A DNA stretch of 64,000 bases, from the NCBI RefSeq assembly GCF_026571515.1, contig NW_026856433.1:1-64000 (forward strand). The letters are read 5' to 3'. This document shows positions 38,491 to 52,320 of this stretch, piece by piece. The stretch comes from Ruditapes philippinarum (lineage: Eukaryota). Every line of letters begins with the position of its first letter. Position 1 is the stretch's first letter. The notes under the pieces are model-generated. The model had not been told where the DNA came from and made no database searches. It saw only the letters and a program-made list of their open reading frames with translations. The position numbers were made by a program, and so were the translations under genes.

Positions 38491-40974
38491 TTATACATAA
38501 GCTATTTCCGTGGTCTCTGTAAACACTGATGAACGCGAGGATTTCGTGCTATTCTGATCCATCGTATTTTCATGACATGCTCTTCCGTTCTCAGTCACTT
38601 CATTTTCTGTTTCAGTTTGTCCGTTCACTTTAGAGTCAGAACTTAAACTTTTAGTAGTTGCCTCTTGTTGTTGTTCATTGTCTTCTTTCTCGCGGATAAG
38701 TTCTTTAAGGCTTTTATTTTCAAGCATGAGAATTTCGATCCTGTCGGTAAGTTCACTATGTTGCCTTTTCAAAACGGAGTCCTTCCTTTCAAGTTTAAGC
38801 AGTCGGATTTCCTCGGTCATCTTCGCCTGTTTGTCTTCCAAATCTGTTCATGAAAAAGGATAATTGAAAACTTATAATCTATCAAATAACTATCTGCTAC
38901 TTAAAAAATAACAAGAAACATGACAATGCCATGAAACCAGGTTTTCAAAAATAGCCACTTCAAGCAGAGACCGCACACTCAGAATGTTTGAGCCAAATCC
39001 ATCAATTAGCACGGAATGTAAAAATGACACGTGCCCAATTCCCCAAATATTTAATATGGTGTAAGAATAAGAAATCATTATAAAAGTCACAGAGAAAATG
39101 ATAATATAATGGTATGAGTAAACTGATAAGCCAAGTCTGTTTCCAAATTATACTTATCAACCACAAACCATTTTACAATTTTACAGTGAATTTAACCAAG
39201 AGCAATCTCAAGCAAGGTCTTCACATAAACCTGCTATATACCAAGTTTGATAACGTCTCTTTCCTATCTTCAGTAATTGACTTTTTTGTATTTTTAATAA
39301 TAGTGACATTAACCTTGACCCTAGGATGTCAAAATACAGTCTCAAAGGAGGTCTCCACGCAAGCTTGCTTTATCCCTAATTTAATAAAAACATGTCATTA
39401 TTGTCTGGGAACCATTTTCAGACAGTTGATGGCGGGGGTCAACCTTGGCCCAATCCCAACTACATATTTAAGAAACATTCAAACTTTTTGACTCGGGGTA
39501 TACTCCAAAATACAACAACACGCATGTCTGGTGTGTAACACTTTCACGATTCTGATTAAAGTGATGGAACCTGCAAAATGGAAGTTTATCAAGTGAATTA
39601 AAGAAATTCTGCAGGTTAAGGGTTAAGCAATAAAGCAACACCTTTTATTGTTTTCTCTGATTCATCTAGGCGCTTTTGTGTGACAGCTCTTTCAGCTTCA
39701 GTATGTTCCTGCAACTCTTGGGCTTCGACAAGCATGTATTCCAGTTGAATTATGCGCATGCTCAGTGACTCCACTGTCTGATTCATGTCCGTCTGTAACA
39801 CCGTTCAAGTAATGATAAAATTATGAAAGAACATATACTACAGAATGACGCTACCAATGGTAAATAGTTTACTTCAAAATTCACTACAATCATTATAACA
39901 TGGATGTTATCTCAAAACAAGTAGGAAATCATTTTTCAATAAGACAATAAGTATATGCCTATTGACCTTTAGACGTACACTTTACAATATATGATGAAAT
40001 ATTTAACAACCAAGAAATTCTCAAGAAAATAAATATGTATTTCAGCAACACACCATATCTTGCTTTAGATGTGACTTATAATCCTCCAGTTCTCCCATTC
40101 GTAACTCTACACTCATTTGTCGTCTGCTGAGCCGCCATTTTTCCCGCTTCAACGTGTCAGTGAGGTCTCGTGCAGTTTCGAGGTTCTCTTTCAGTTTTTC
40201 ATATAAACTTCCTTCTCCTTTTGACGCTTCTCCATTCTGCAGTAAACTTCATATTTAGATACAAAATTCTTATTTAATTCATTCTTGACATAATAATTTG
40301 GTTTAGCAACGTCATTACAAAAAAGTGACGCTGTATTTTCTTTAGAACGTTTTGTTTCTCAACAGGAACGTACATGTATCCATCTGATCTGAATAAGATG
40401 TAGCTTAAATTTAAAAAAACATATCAGACGCTAAAATTTTGATGACAAACGCAGCAGTACCACTAATAGCACCCCAGGGCAAAGTGAAACAATTAAAAAA
40501 AGCACGAAAAATACGTGCGCACACTTATGAACAAAATTAGTTGTATCATAAAAATTTGGACAAAGTGTGATCCCTCGGAAGCATTAATCACAATAAAAAT
40601 TAAATGAATATTGCAGAATCGGTCTAAGTGAGTCTATATACATGAGGGCTTGGAAAGAAAGATACACGAGGGATAATGAAAAAGTGCAACATCCCTCACG
40701 ACCCCAAGCACCGGCTTGAGTGGTACCCAATTTTCAACACTTACATGAAAAAGTGCTGGAATCGATCCCGAAGGACCAGAAAAATATATCAACACTGAAG
40801 TGAAGTACGGGGAAAATTAAAAAATATTTTTACCTGAACATGTCTTTCATCTATATGTTTAAGACAAACGGACAAATTATCTAAGCTGTCCACAAGTTCC
40901 TCGGCCGTGTCGACCAAAGCTATCGACTTCTTGTGGCTGAAAACTGGGTTGATATCCAAGGTCCTTCTTGCCAT
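38491..40974 (-). CDS. Gene B copy 2: uncharacterised coiled-coil protein (275 aa)
   Basis: Exons 40974-40834, 40236-40054, 39792-39642, 38843-38491 join in frame (phases 0,0,1; 828 nt). Start context AAAATGG. E/K/L/R-rich heptads followed by an S/T/E-rich tail. Confidence 0.8.
40560..40740. repeat. Dispersed ~150-180-bp repeat; second copy at ~42690-42840
   Basis: Shared ATAATGAAAAAGTGCAACATCCCTCACG...GAGTGGTAC.CAATTTTCAA. Confidence 0.65.
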
Positions 40975-43692
40975 TTTAACACTTTCACACTATTTCTATA
41001 GATTCTGTAGCGTTTCCCCCCTATTAAAACACGTTCCTTTGTTTAATTATGCTTCACTTCAATACTTTTTAATACTTTTTTTCCCTTTCTTAGATAAATA
41101 TTCACCGTTAAAAAACGTTAACGTAGAGAACTGCGCTTAAATTCCTTCAACACTTTTTTTTAAAAGTCTAAAGTCGTTATCACTCATTAAAACCAACACT
41201 TGTAAATAACATTCAGTATGCTAATTATATATAAAACTGGAATTCAACGCGTAAACTTTTTATTCGAACAATGTACTATATGTATATTAAAGACATAATT
41301 AATCCATCAAATTTGTCATTTGTAAGAGTAATTATAAAATATGTCACGTCCGTCCTGTGCTCGATTGTTGTTTTAACCCACTTCGATGATTTCTTGTTCG
41401 ATTACCTGAGGATACACCTACAAGACGGTGTTACAGGAGTGTCATCAATGCAACCCAATCTGTCAGCTGTCACAAAATAATATATAGCATTGTTAGAATA
41501 ACACAATAAAGATCATTTAATATGCAAATTATATTACCTTTATCACTAAGAATACCTTTAAGAATAAAACATTTCTGACGAACATCATTAACAAAATTAG
41601 TCCGTGTAATTGTACTTGTATCAACGTTCTTTTTGAGCTCCTGTAACTCTAAGTTTCAGGAAATGTATATTTACTTGCTGACTTTTCTGTTCATATATTT
41701 CAGCGCTCATATCTTACTTAACCAATCAATTATGATAAAGTTATGCTCCCATGGGCCTAGTTTTACCTCCAAGATTTCTTCATGTACATATCACGTGGTC
41801 AAGAGATGAGTCTATACCCTCAAATGTCTACAGGAATTTAAACTTGCCACGTGGCTAGTCGATGAGTCTGCACTAAGAAAAAGTTGCAATGAAAAACTCG
41901 TTTCACTAGACAATGTATTTTTATGGTACCTCAAAGATGCTTTATAAATGCATATGTCAATTATTACCTTTTTATGTGAGACACATATCCAAAGGATAGT
42001 CTCTTAAAAATTATAGCATGTTACATCAATTTTATATGAACTTAGTTATATCCATTTAATGGTTTAATAATTAATTTGTATACATACATTATATAGTAAC
42101 AAATATAACGATATCATCGCTCATGTTTAGTTGTTTTTTTTTTTTGCCTCATATAAAAAGAAAAGATCAAACGGAACATTATTACCATATTATGTGCAGT
42201 CAGGTACGGTATATGTTTTATTATAATTAATATTTTATCGTCGTACTATGGTTAACCTTACTATCAAAATGAGTCAGTCAAACTTACAACGTTTATTTAT
42301 GATACTCCACTGTAAGAGAATAAAGAAATCGTGAATGTAACTTTTTATTTCTTGATTTTTATATTTTCATTTTTTTTGTTACTTTTTTTTAATAGAAAAA
42401 AAAAAATCTTTCTTGTTGTTGTTGTTGCTGTTTGCAAAAATATTTGTCATTTATTGATTTTTCAAGTTTAAGGTTTATTTTTTACATTTACACGGGCAAA
42501 GTCATCATCAGGAGATCATGGGATAAAGCATGACAAGGTGTAGAAACTTTAGTCAAAATAAACCAACCCATCTTTCTTCAACCAAAAAATAATTAAATAA
42601 AATTATAGAATACAAATTAGGCAACACAAATTTTCGGTCTGGAATCATTATTTCATTTGCATAAAAATCAATATACTTTATAAATATCTGAAAAAGTGAT
42701 CCCTTGGTAGTATTAAATTCGCATAATTACATGAAAATTGCAGACACGGTTTGATTAAGCCTGTACATAAAGAATAATGAAAAAGTGCAACATCCCTCAC
42801 GCCCCTCTAGCACCTGTTAGAGTGGTACTCAATTTTCAAATCAATGATCCCGAGCTCCAATATAGTAGCAAGTTTTATATTGATTTTGTATTGTAAATGT
42901 TACTTGATGATGTAAGATTAGATTTAAGGTAACAGATGCATGTGAGATTATTCTTCACTTGAGTAGTCTGAACAAGAGGCTTAATAACAGTTTATGGCAT
43001 TGACATTTTTAAAGCTCACCTACCAGAGTGTAAAGATACGGCTGAACAGCATGATATGCCGACATACCTTTTTTCTAGTTTAAACATATTCATTTAGCTC
43101 GGTGGTGAAACAAGTTCGTGTAACTTATATTTATCACTTTCAAGTCCGCTTCCTGGAACTAACCAGTACTGGTGTCATTATGAGAAATCATGGTCGTAAC
43201 CCAAGTAGGGCTCGAACCCATAAGCCACTGCTCCCCTTTTTATTCAACAGTAGACTTACCTTTAATAAAATTCCTGTAAATAAAGATATTTTAACATAGA
43301 CTGTAGTAGCTACTCGTATAAGTACTTAATATAGACATTATTGCTTTACAAGCTAAGAATCTGTCCTGTCTGCACTACTTTGCAGCCATGACCAGGGTCT
43401 TAAATGTTTGCAACTGACAATGTATTATTTAATGGTAAAAACATTTTATTAGTTTACATTAATTATATTGCAGAAATGCATCTTTATGAATATATTGAGA
43501 CATGAGAATGAACCTTAAAATGGCAACAACAGGGGAGGTAATGCAAAACATATTTGGGACTGGGCTAACAATATATCATTTTCCCCATGTTTTGTAAGTT
43601 ACTTTTGAGAAGTTTGTTAATATATATATATATATATAACATACATTAAAATAACTGTCCTTTTAATTAATTTCGAGAATGTTTAATGGGAT

Positions 43693-43723
43693 CACGGACT
43701 TTAATTGACAATTAAAGTCCGTG
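43693..43723. mobile_element. 31-bp perfectly palindromic mini-insertion with 7-bp TSD
   Basis: ATGGGAT|CACGGACTTTAATTG-A-CAATTAAAGTCCGTG|ATGGGAT. Confidence 0.7.
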
Positions 43724-46700
43724 ATGGGATGCAGCTATTTGAAGTTCAACACTTTAAATCATAGATATTTGCTGTATAATGTAGTTCATCTCCAATCATC
43801 TCTGCAATAGCATTAAGGTGGGTGAAAATTAACCAGCAATGATTTCTTGTATATTACAATCATTTGGACCATAAAATTTAGGCTTAAGTTAATTGATACA
43901 TTGAAATATGAAATGTGTTGGAATTTATTGTTTTTTAATGGTGTTGAAGTAGAAACTTATCTGATATTCAGAAATAATAGGTTTTCTTTGAAAAACTTGA
44001 TTTTAATGACTAAGAATACCTTAGAATTCAGTACATGTACATGTGTATATCATTTTCAGAAATAGAACATCCTCAATTATAATAAAATAATAATAACTCT
44101 CGATTTTAGTAATACTCATAATTAAATTGCAATGAATAATCATTAATAACTAAATATTTGATTGTAATAAAATAGTTATAATCCTTTATACTAGTAAATA
44201 CATGTATATCTTAAATTATAATTGATAATCTTTAATTATCTTAAAATATCATAACCTATACATTATTGTACTAGAATCAACAATGCAAGAACACTGATAT
44301 AGATCTATTTGCAACATGCTAACAGAAATATATGTTGATTTTTATTGGGCGGAGAAGCAGTTGTCAACATGACATCATTTGCATTTGTTGACCTCACATC
44401 TGACTTTATAATTATGGCATACATTTTGAAAGTGGTTGGTAAAAGAAATACTGTGGTGAAATACGGTATTGAAATGCTTATTAGAGTTAATATGCTCGAC
44501 TGATCTAATAATCCTCAATTAAAAAATAATGAATAATCCTGAATTATATTGAATAAACCTAAATTATAATGAATAATCCTAACCTATATTGAATAATCCT
44601 CAATTTATTTTATAAACCTAATAATTCTGAATTACAATGTATATTGATTTATTCACGAACAAATATAAATTATGATTAATTTACTTACATATTTCTTATG
44701 ATAGATATCCTCCACAAGCAATCAATAGATGACTTCAAAAAAAGTGATTAATTAACTTAATATATTTGATCATCCTGTAACGGTAGCTTTAAAATTTGTA
44801 AATTTGTATTGGTCACTGTGAATTCACGTATAAAAAGTATTTTTCCTTCATTTATAACTCATAGAATAAATAATATGACCATAACAGTCACTGTCAAATA
44901 CGAAGAAAGAATTACCTTCAAATACAAGTCTGGAAAAAAACTTGAAGAAATCCTCCTTTTTAAATCTAATTATCTGCAGTCACTTAGTGTCAAATATCAT
45001 TAAACTTCTTTCAATGTAGAACTATTTAACTACTTGCTACATTTGGCCATGTATACAACCTAATTATCCTGTTAAACTGTCAATTTTATACTACTACTAG
45101 TCACTGAACTTTATTGTTTGAATAATACATTTGTACAAGTCAGTGTAAAATGATACTTTTTTCTAGTACTAATCTTACCCACATTTACAAGGTCAACTGA
45201 AGTAGGGTCTTCCTAAAAAAAATATTTAAAAAATGTGTGTGTGTGCATGTGTGTGTGTTTTCTTTTTATATAACTGTTTAAAGCAAAACTCTATTTTTCC
45301 CCATTTATTAAAGAAATAGAGATGAAAAAGTTAAAGTGATAATCCATATCAAACTTTAAGTGATATTTTAGATATTGCCTTTTTACTTTACTCAAAGTTG
45401 AAAAATACTGTGTTTCTCTTATGAAATTATAAAAGAAAAATCAGCATTATCAAAAGTCATTAATAGAAAGAGATTCTTGAAAATCAGCAGTCTAGAAAAT
45501 CAACATATTAAATTGAAAATAAGCATTCTTAATTGGCATCATAATCTTTAATTTTTCAAGTATTATAATACCAAGTAAAGATAGAAATCATTTTATGCCT
45601 TGTTTCAGTTTATTATAATTTTCCATGTGATGAACATTTTGACAATTTTTGCTAAAACGCCCAAACAAAGTGCTTTAATTTTGTTTTAACATGTGTTATA
45701 ACTTCTGATGAACAATTGTGAACCATTTTCTACCTTTCAAAACTGCAGTCAATGTTATCTGATTTAAACTGAACATTTTAAACCAAATCTTAATTTCCAT
45801 ATAGAGTTAACACCTTACTGGGTCAATTTCTGTTAAAAATATTTTTGTTACCTTATCTAGAGCTAAATTTTAATTCTTAAAAAAAAATAACTTTCGTTCA
45901 TGGTATAAAGTTCACAGGTGTTTAACACACAGAAATAAAAACAAATGTATTAATCCTGGAGTTCATGAACTAACCAAGTGTTAATAAAGTTTATTTGTTT
46001 AAAGCATTAACCATGCTCATTGCTTAATTCAATAGCTTAAGGTTGTTTTTTTTTGTTTTTTTAGAAAAATTGTATCAAAGTGTATTACATGTAACTACAA
46101 TTTATATATAAATTTATACTATTAAATTGAAGAAACATGAAGAAACATTTTTTCTTCAAATAAACCAATACAATCTTAAAAGATGTTTACTATTTAAAAG
46201 GTTTCTTATACTTACATTAAAATGAATACATCCAAGTTAAGAAAATTAAGTGTATCACTATTTAGTAATAAATTTATATTTGTTCACCACAATATTTGTC
46301 CATCATTCACTGATTCACACATATAATATACAACTCCATATGACCACAAAAACATGAAGAAAATAAATAAAAACAAACCTGCATTGATGTGTATTACTCC
46401 CTCGGGCAGGAACATTTAAATTGTAGAGTTGAACAAGAAAACAATATCCTTATGGTCAAAGGTAAAAGCTGTGCATAAACAGTAAATATCGAATTTCTAC
46501 ATATATGATGGGACATTACTGATAACAAAATGCTGTAAAGTATGTATAAAGATAACGAGGCACTCTTGACCTTGTACATGATGTCATCTATTTCTTTTAC
46601 TTGGAGAAGTATTCCTTTATAAAGCCATGCCTGTGGAGTGATAAATGCTTATTTTGACAGGTTAAATACCACTAAATGAGAACAGATTTAGCCTTGCACT

Positions 46701-47213
46701 TAAAATGTAAGCCTTGTGAGTATATGGTGAATAAAATAAATACAAAATTACCTGTACTGTAGATAATGGCAGCCATTCAATATTTCTTTTATTTCTGTAA
46801 TCCAGCTAAAAATGCTTTTTACTACATAAATTATGTAATAAAGAAACAAACAGTATAGATTTGCTAAATCTTTTTATAGACTTTAAGCTAGACGCCTTAA
46901 AATGATAAAAGCAGAACAGATTTTAAATTTCAAAAGTCAAGCTTTGATTAAATGTTTTAAAAGCTAAAGAAATGTTTAAATTGGATGAAGCTCTTCTTAA
47001 AATTAATGGTGGAATTTACTGTTTTTATCACCATAATTATTGCTAGCTGCAGTTAGTAAGAGGGTGCAACATATTTCAGGTGATTTGAATACCTCATTTG
47101 ACTGAAATACAAAAAAATGTAACTTTTAAGTACACAAAAAGTGCTATTTAAAACACTCTCCAAATTTCATAAAAATTTACTATAACTACTGGAGTTGTTC
47201 TGCTTTTAGATAA

Positions 47214-47443
47214 CCCTTTGCCTGCTTATTTTTTAAAATGGACTTGTCCAGCTTCCATTTTTGGAACTGTCCATTATCAATTTTTGGGATATCAGGATGA
47301 TAAAAACATTATTGTTTAAGTAAGCCACCAGCAGTATAGATTCTGGTCAGACTGCATGGATGTCTTCAGGCTGGCCCAGGCTGACCTGACTCTATAATGG
47401 TGGCAATAAATTCCATCCACTTTCAGTTCCTGCAGGGTAAGAG
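47214..47443. mobile_element. piggyBac-like MITE (TTAA-CCC type), decayed; relatives at 56485-56687 and 63141-63247
   Basis: TAA|CCCTTTGCCTGC ... GCAGGGTAAGAG|TTAA. The 63141-63247 copy reads TTAA|CCCATTACTGC...GCAGTAACGGG|TTAA. Confidence 0.55.
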
Positions 47444-47502
47444 TTAATATTTACCCATTTATGAAATAAAAAGCAAATGACAATGATAGTATATGATAGT
47501 AT

Positions 47503-47711
47503 ATACTAATCTATTTTAGTTCGCTTGTGTAGGAAGCTATATATAAGCTTATTGAAACACTCTCAATACCATTCCTGGAACCAACCAGTACAAAGCAATG
47601 AGTGTAAAGTTTCTTGCTCAAGGGCTTGCCCTGATGGGGTTGGAACCCAATAGGGTCAGCAATCCTTAGAATTACTATTCCAACATGTTAACCACTTGGC
47701 CACCACTGCCA
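47503..47711 (-). mobile_element. tRNA-derived SINE (same family as 53217-53425)
   Basis: Reverse complement shows A/B boxes and the CTTGAGCAAGAAACTTTAC...GTACTGGTTGGTTCCAGGAATGG domain. A partial relative lies at ~43125-43225. Confidence 0.7.
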
Positions 47712-49539
47712 CAAACTGACAAATAATGGCATTTACCTGTGCAGTAAAATCCAAACTTTTCTTTAAAGAAACCAGCAGAATCAAAACTTGTAAAAAACTT
47801 GATAAGATCTGCCAGGTACAGTAGAGTTCATTTTATTTATGATTTCAAATTCTTATATTACATGTAAAAATTGATATTTTAATTTTCAATGCTAGGTTAT
47901 TCATAAACAGTATTTTAATTTAGTGGTTTGAAAAACGGAACGTTGGTAATTAAAATATCAAGAGTTTTGTAACTTTGCCTCAGGTTATAAATTATTAATT
48001 ACAAGTTTTGCATAATAAAATCCTTTGGGGTTTTTTAATTATTTAAACAGTGGGGCCCTTTTAAAGGGAAATTTAAAATTTGATACACAATTTTTTTAAA
48101 AAACAACCAATACAACTTAATGACAGGCTAATTGAGTTTCCCCCTTTTAGAATTTTATTTTGCCACTTAACCATTCAAATTAAATTGAATTAGCCTCTGT
48201 TAGTAACATAAATGTGGGTTCAAGTCAGTCTTGTACAAGAAAAAATTGTAAATTTATACTTGTTTACTTTTTATCATTTCCAAACAATTAAACACATATA
48301 CATGATATCATATATTAGAATATTATGGTTTGAGCCTAAATTTTTATAATACATGCAATTGAATTTCAAGAAAATTGATCCAGAAATAGGTCATGTACTC
48401 ATATATATGCATGTATGTTTTAAAGCTGCATGCCTCCAGATGAGTCAACATGATTCAAGAAAGTCAAACTTGAGAAAAATGTTCTAAGATGTTAAGAATA
48501 GTAAAATGATTCAAGATTCAAGTAATAAATAAAATGTTAGGAGCGATTAATGACTGATTTTGCATTATCTATTAACATAATTCTTTTGCGTGACCAAGAC
48601 AGTAAGGGCTACTTGTGCATATTTTGACCACTTTTGGTAATGTACATGGTAAGTAAGTGTTGTGTGCTATGTGTAAATTACTTTTCTTGAATTATAATAT
48701 CACAATATTTTATTTTTTAAATACTTTTTCAAAATTGTCATTAAAATAAACTGATTATGTCAAATCCTATACTGAAGGAAACAAAATAGATTAAACTGTT
48801 CACCTTCAAGAAATTTGCAGACTATCCATTGATTTTGTGATTGTATATATGTATGTATGAATGAATGTATTAATGTAATTGACTATGTACTTTGTATACG
48901 TCAAAATAAACTTTCTGTTTTGTTCATAAAAATTAGCATGAATATGGAGTGGAGACTTGCTCCTTTAATTATGATACATAGCATTGAAAAGATATTTTGA
49001 AATTATTAATATATTTTCTTTTACCATGACTTTAATAATTATTCATATAAGTATTGGCAAAAAAAATGGATAAACTGTTTTAATTGAGATATTTAGCTTA
49101 TATATTGGCTGCAGTGCCATTTACAAATTCTACAGCATGCCAGTTCTATCTGATCCGGTGGGTGGTAGGGTGAGTAGGGGGGAAGGGTTTTTAAGTGATT
49201 GCTTTTGAAAGAAGAAAAAAAAAATCATTTAATTTGAAAAAGATGAGAAATAACTTTCATACCGTATTTGCTACAATTATTCAGCGACTAGGTAATTTGC
49301 ATTAATTTGTAAAGATATGAATCTTAATATAACCAGTGTTTTGCAATGAGGATATTTGTTTCTTTTGATTAAATAAAGATAATATATAGATCACTGACAT
49401 GTTAGAATGTTCTCACAAGCATACAAAACAAGTAAAATATAAAAAAACAAGGTAAAATATATTTCATATGATATTCATTCACACAAGTCAATGCAGGTTT
49501 GTTTAATATGCTATATATATTTGTGAGTAAATTATACAA

Positions 49540-50190
49540 TGAGTGATATTAGTCATATAACTCACTACTGGAACTCTGTATTTTGTGGGTTAGTTAGATT
49601 GAAATAAATAGTGTTGATCACATACTTCAGTGTAAGATTTTGAACAATGTGTCTCAGTACATATATACAGTGAGTGATATTGGTTATATCCCATTCCATT
49701 TCACTTCTGAAACTCTGTATTTCAGTGTCTGAGAACATTGAATTTAATTCAAGTCTTTACACTTTCATGTAAGATTTTGAATAGTAATGATATTATATAC
49801 AGTGAGTGATATAGGTTATATCTAACTCACTCGTGAAACTTTATATTTCATTCAGTACATTTGAATTAAATCAAGTCTTAACACTTTCATGTAAGATTTT
49901 GAATAGTTATAATATTATATACAGTGAGTGATATAGGTTATATCTAACTCACTCATTGAGTACATTGAAATTAAATGAAGTCCTAACACTTTCATGCAAA
50001 ATTTAAATAATGAGTTATAATATTTGTATATACAGTGAGTGATACAGGCTATATTTCATTCACTTGTGAAACTTTATATTTTATTGAGTACTTTAAAATT
50101 AAATGAAATTCTATCACTTTTATGCAGGATTTTGAATAATGAGTGAGATACAGTGAGTGAGATAAGTTATATCTAACTCACTTGTGAATT
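49540..50190. repeat. Degenerate ~120-bp tandem repeat (5-6 units)
   Basis: Recurring TATACAGTGAGTGATATAGGTTATATCTAACTCACT. Confidence 0.8.
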
Positions 50191-52249
50191 TCATTGATTA
50201 GATTAAAATAAATAGTAATAAAACTTTAGTAAACAATTTTGAGCATTGAGAAATAGCTTCTGACTCTTTGTTGGTGTGAAGTGCTTTAACATAGCAAGTA
50301 TAATGTGCTTATAAGAGTTTAACATTTTAAAACATTTTAATATCAAATAAACTATCACAAATAACAAGACAACCTCGTAATTTTTGGTACTTCAACTAAA
50401 ATCACTTTAGACTATTATATGATAACATATCTAAACTGATAGATTGAATTACTGGGTAACTAGCTCTTAAAAAAGTAAATTGACCATTTTATTAGCTAAA
50501 TGGTTTGATAATTTGATCTTATACTGTGGGCATAATCTGATACATGTATGCTAGGTACATGTACATAATTATAATGAAGGTCATTGAAAACACAACTTAT
50601 ACCGGCAGTTTGGTTTTTGTATTTATTTTCAGGTATCAAATTCAGAAAAAAAGTACATTGTACATCATTGTTACATTATTATTATTTTTATTATTTTTTT
50701 GTAGTTGTTAATCAATCCACCTATAAAAAATATTTAAAAAAAGAGCATGTATTGAAGGTAAAAAATCTTTAGAGCATTTTGCAATGATTGGATTTAATTA
50801 ATATGATTATATGAACACGGGTTTTAAACTCTTGCAGGCAGTTTTATCTTTTACCACTCAATAATGTATTTACTATATCATTTACTTGAAAATTATGATT
50901 ATATTTGTTAATAATCAACTTGACCAAAAGTTTAGTTTTTTAAAGTGGTCTTTAGTTAAATTAACATACATTTAACTTCTGAAATGAACCAGAATCAAAG
51001 ATCTTGGGTTACCTTGCTTATAAATCATGGTTTCTTGTAGTTCAAGAAAATTTCAAAACAATATTGAATACTTTATAACATTTGATTGTATTGTAACAGT
51101 ATTTCTTTTATCCACGCAGTCTCACAAAACTCTAATACTACTGGCTACTTAGTTTTAGTATTTTGATATCAAAGTATCCCTCAGGTTTCATACAGACATC
51201 CAATGCCAAAATTCAAGGACTTTTTAAGCACTATTTAAGCATATATAAACCACTTACTGTTACCTTAAACAAACATTTCATTGATTTTGATACTAAATTG
51301 GATCGTATTTTTTATTTTGTTTCAACTGTTGATTTTTTATCATTTACAAGCATATTTTCAGCAAATTTAAGCACTTTTTAAGCACTTTTCAAGCCAGTAA
51401 TCAAATTCAAGGACTTTTAAGCACTATTTTACATTTTTAAGCACTTTTTAAGACAGAGACTAAAATTTAAGCACTTTTTACCCTATTAGACAATTAGACC
51501 TATGAGTTTAACTGAGGAAAGGGAGATTACTTGTTTAACAGGATAAAAGTGTTAAGTGTCATGACAATGCTCTTAACTGAAGTTTACATTTCAAACTTAC
51601 TGACAATGGTTAATTGGACCGTTTACAGCTATGGAAAAGGGAGATAATTAGGGAACTTGCGCGAATGATAAATATATTCAGATAAACCTTAGAATTATGT
51701 CACAACTTAAGTCTCTCAGAGACTAATCTGAAAATCAAAGACCATTAAATATTACACAAATATAACATTGTCATGTTAAGTTGAAGCCAGTTAGCATATA
51801 TATTTAAACATCTTTCAGTGTACTTAACTTTGAGGGACTCTTGATTACAAAGAAACCATGAAATAGTGAGAAACCAGAAAAAAAATACACTTCATGCATA
51901 AAAATGAAATAAAGTTTCAAATTTCCATGTTTTATAGATCTGTCTTCAACCATTTAATGATCTACACGTGCACTTTGACAAATGTTTTATAACATCATTA
52001 CATCATATAACTCCAAAATGTCAAGTTGACATAGAAATGAGAGGACATAATTATTTGGAGTTCATCGTCAGTAAATTATTGCTTTAAGATTCTCATGATT
52101 AGGCAGGGGTATCATACATTTACACACATATATTTTGCTTTGGTCTCACCGATAATTTTGACAGCTTCGGTATCAACACCAGAGTAAAGCTTCATATCTT
52201 ACAGCTTGAATAAGAAGCCCCAAGGTAGCTGGATGACGTTCTAAGATAG

Positions 52250-52320
52250 ATGGAACATTGGCCACTGAAAACATTTTCATAATCAGATTATGAAAATGTT
52301 TTCAGTGGCCAATGTTCCAT
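52250..52320. repeat. Perfect 71-bp palindrome (35-bp arms, 1-nt centre)
   Basis: ATGGAACATTGGCCACTGAAAACATTTTCATAATC-A-GATTATGAAAATGTTTTCAGTGGCCAATGTTCCAT. Confidence 0.95.
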
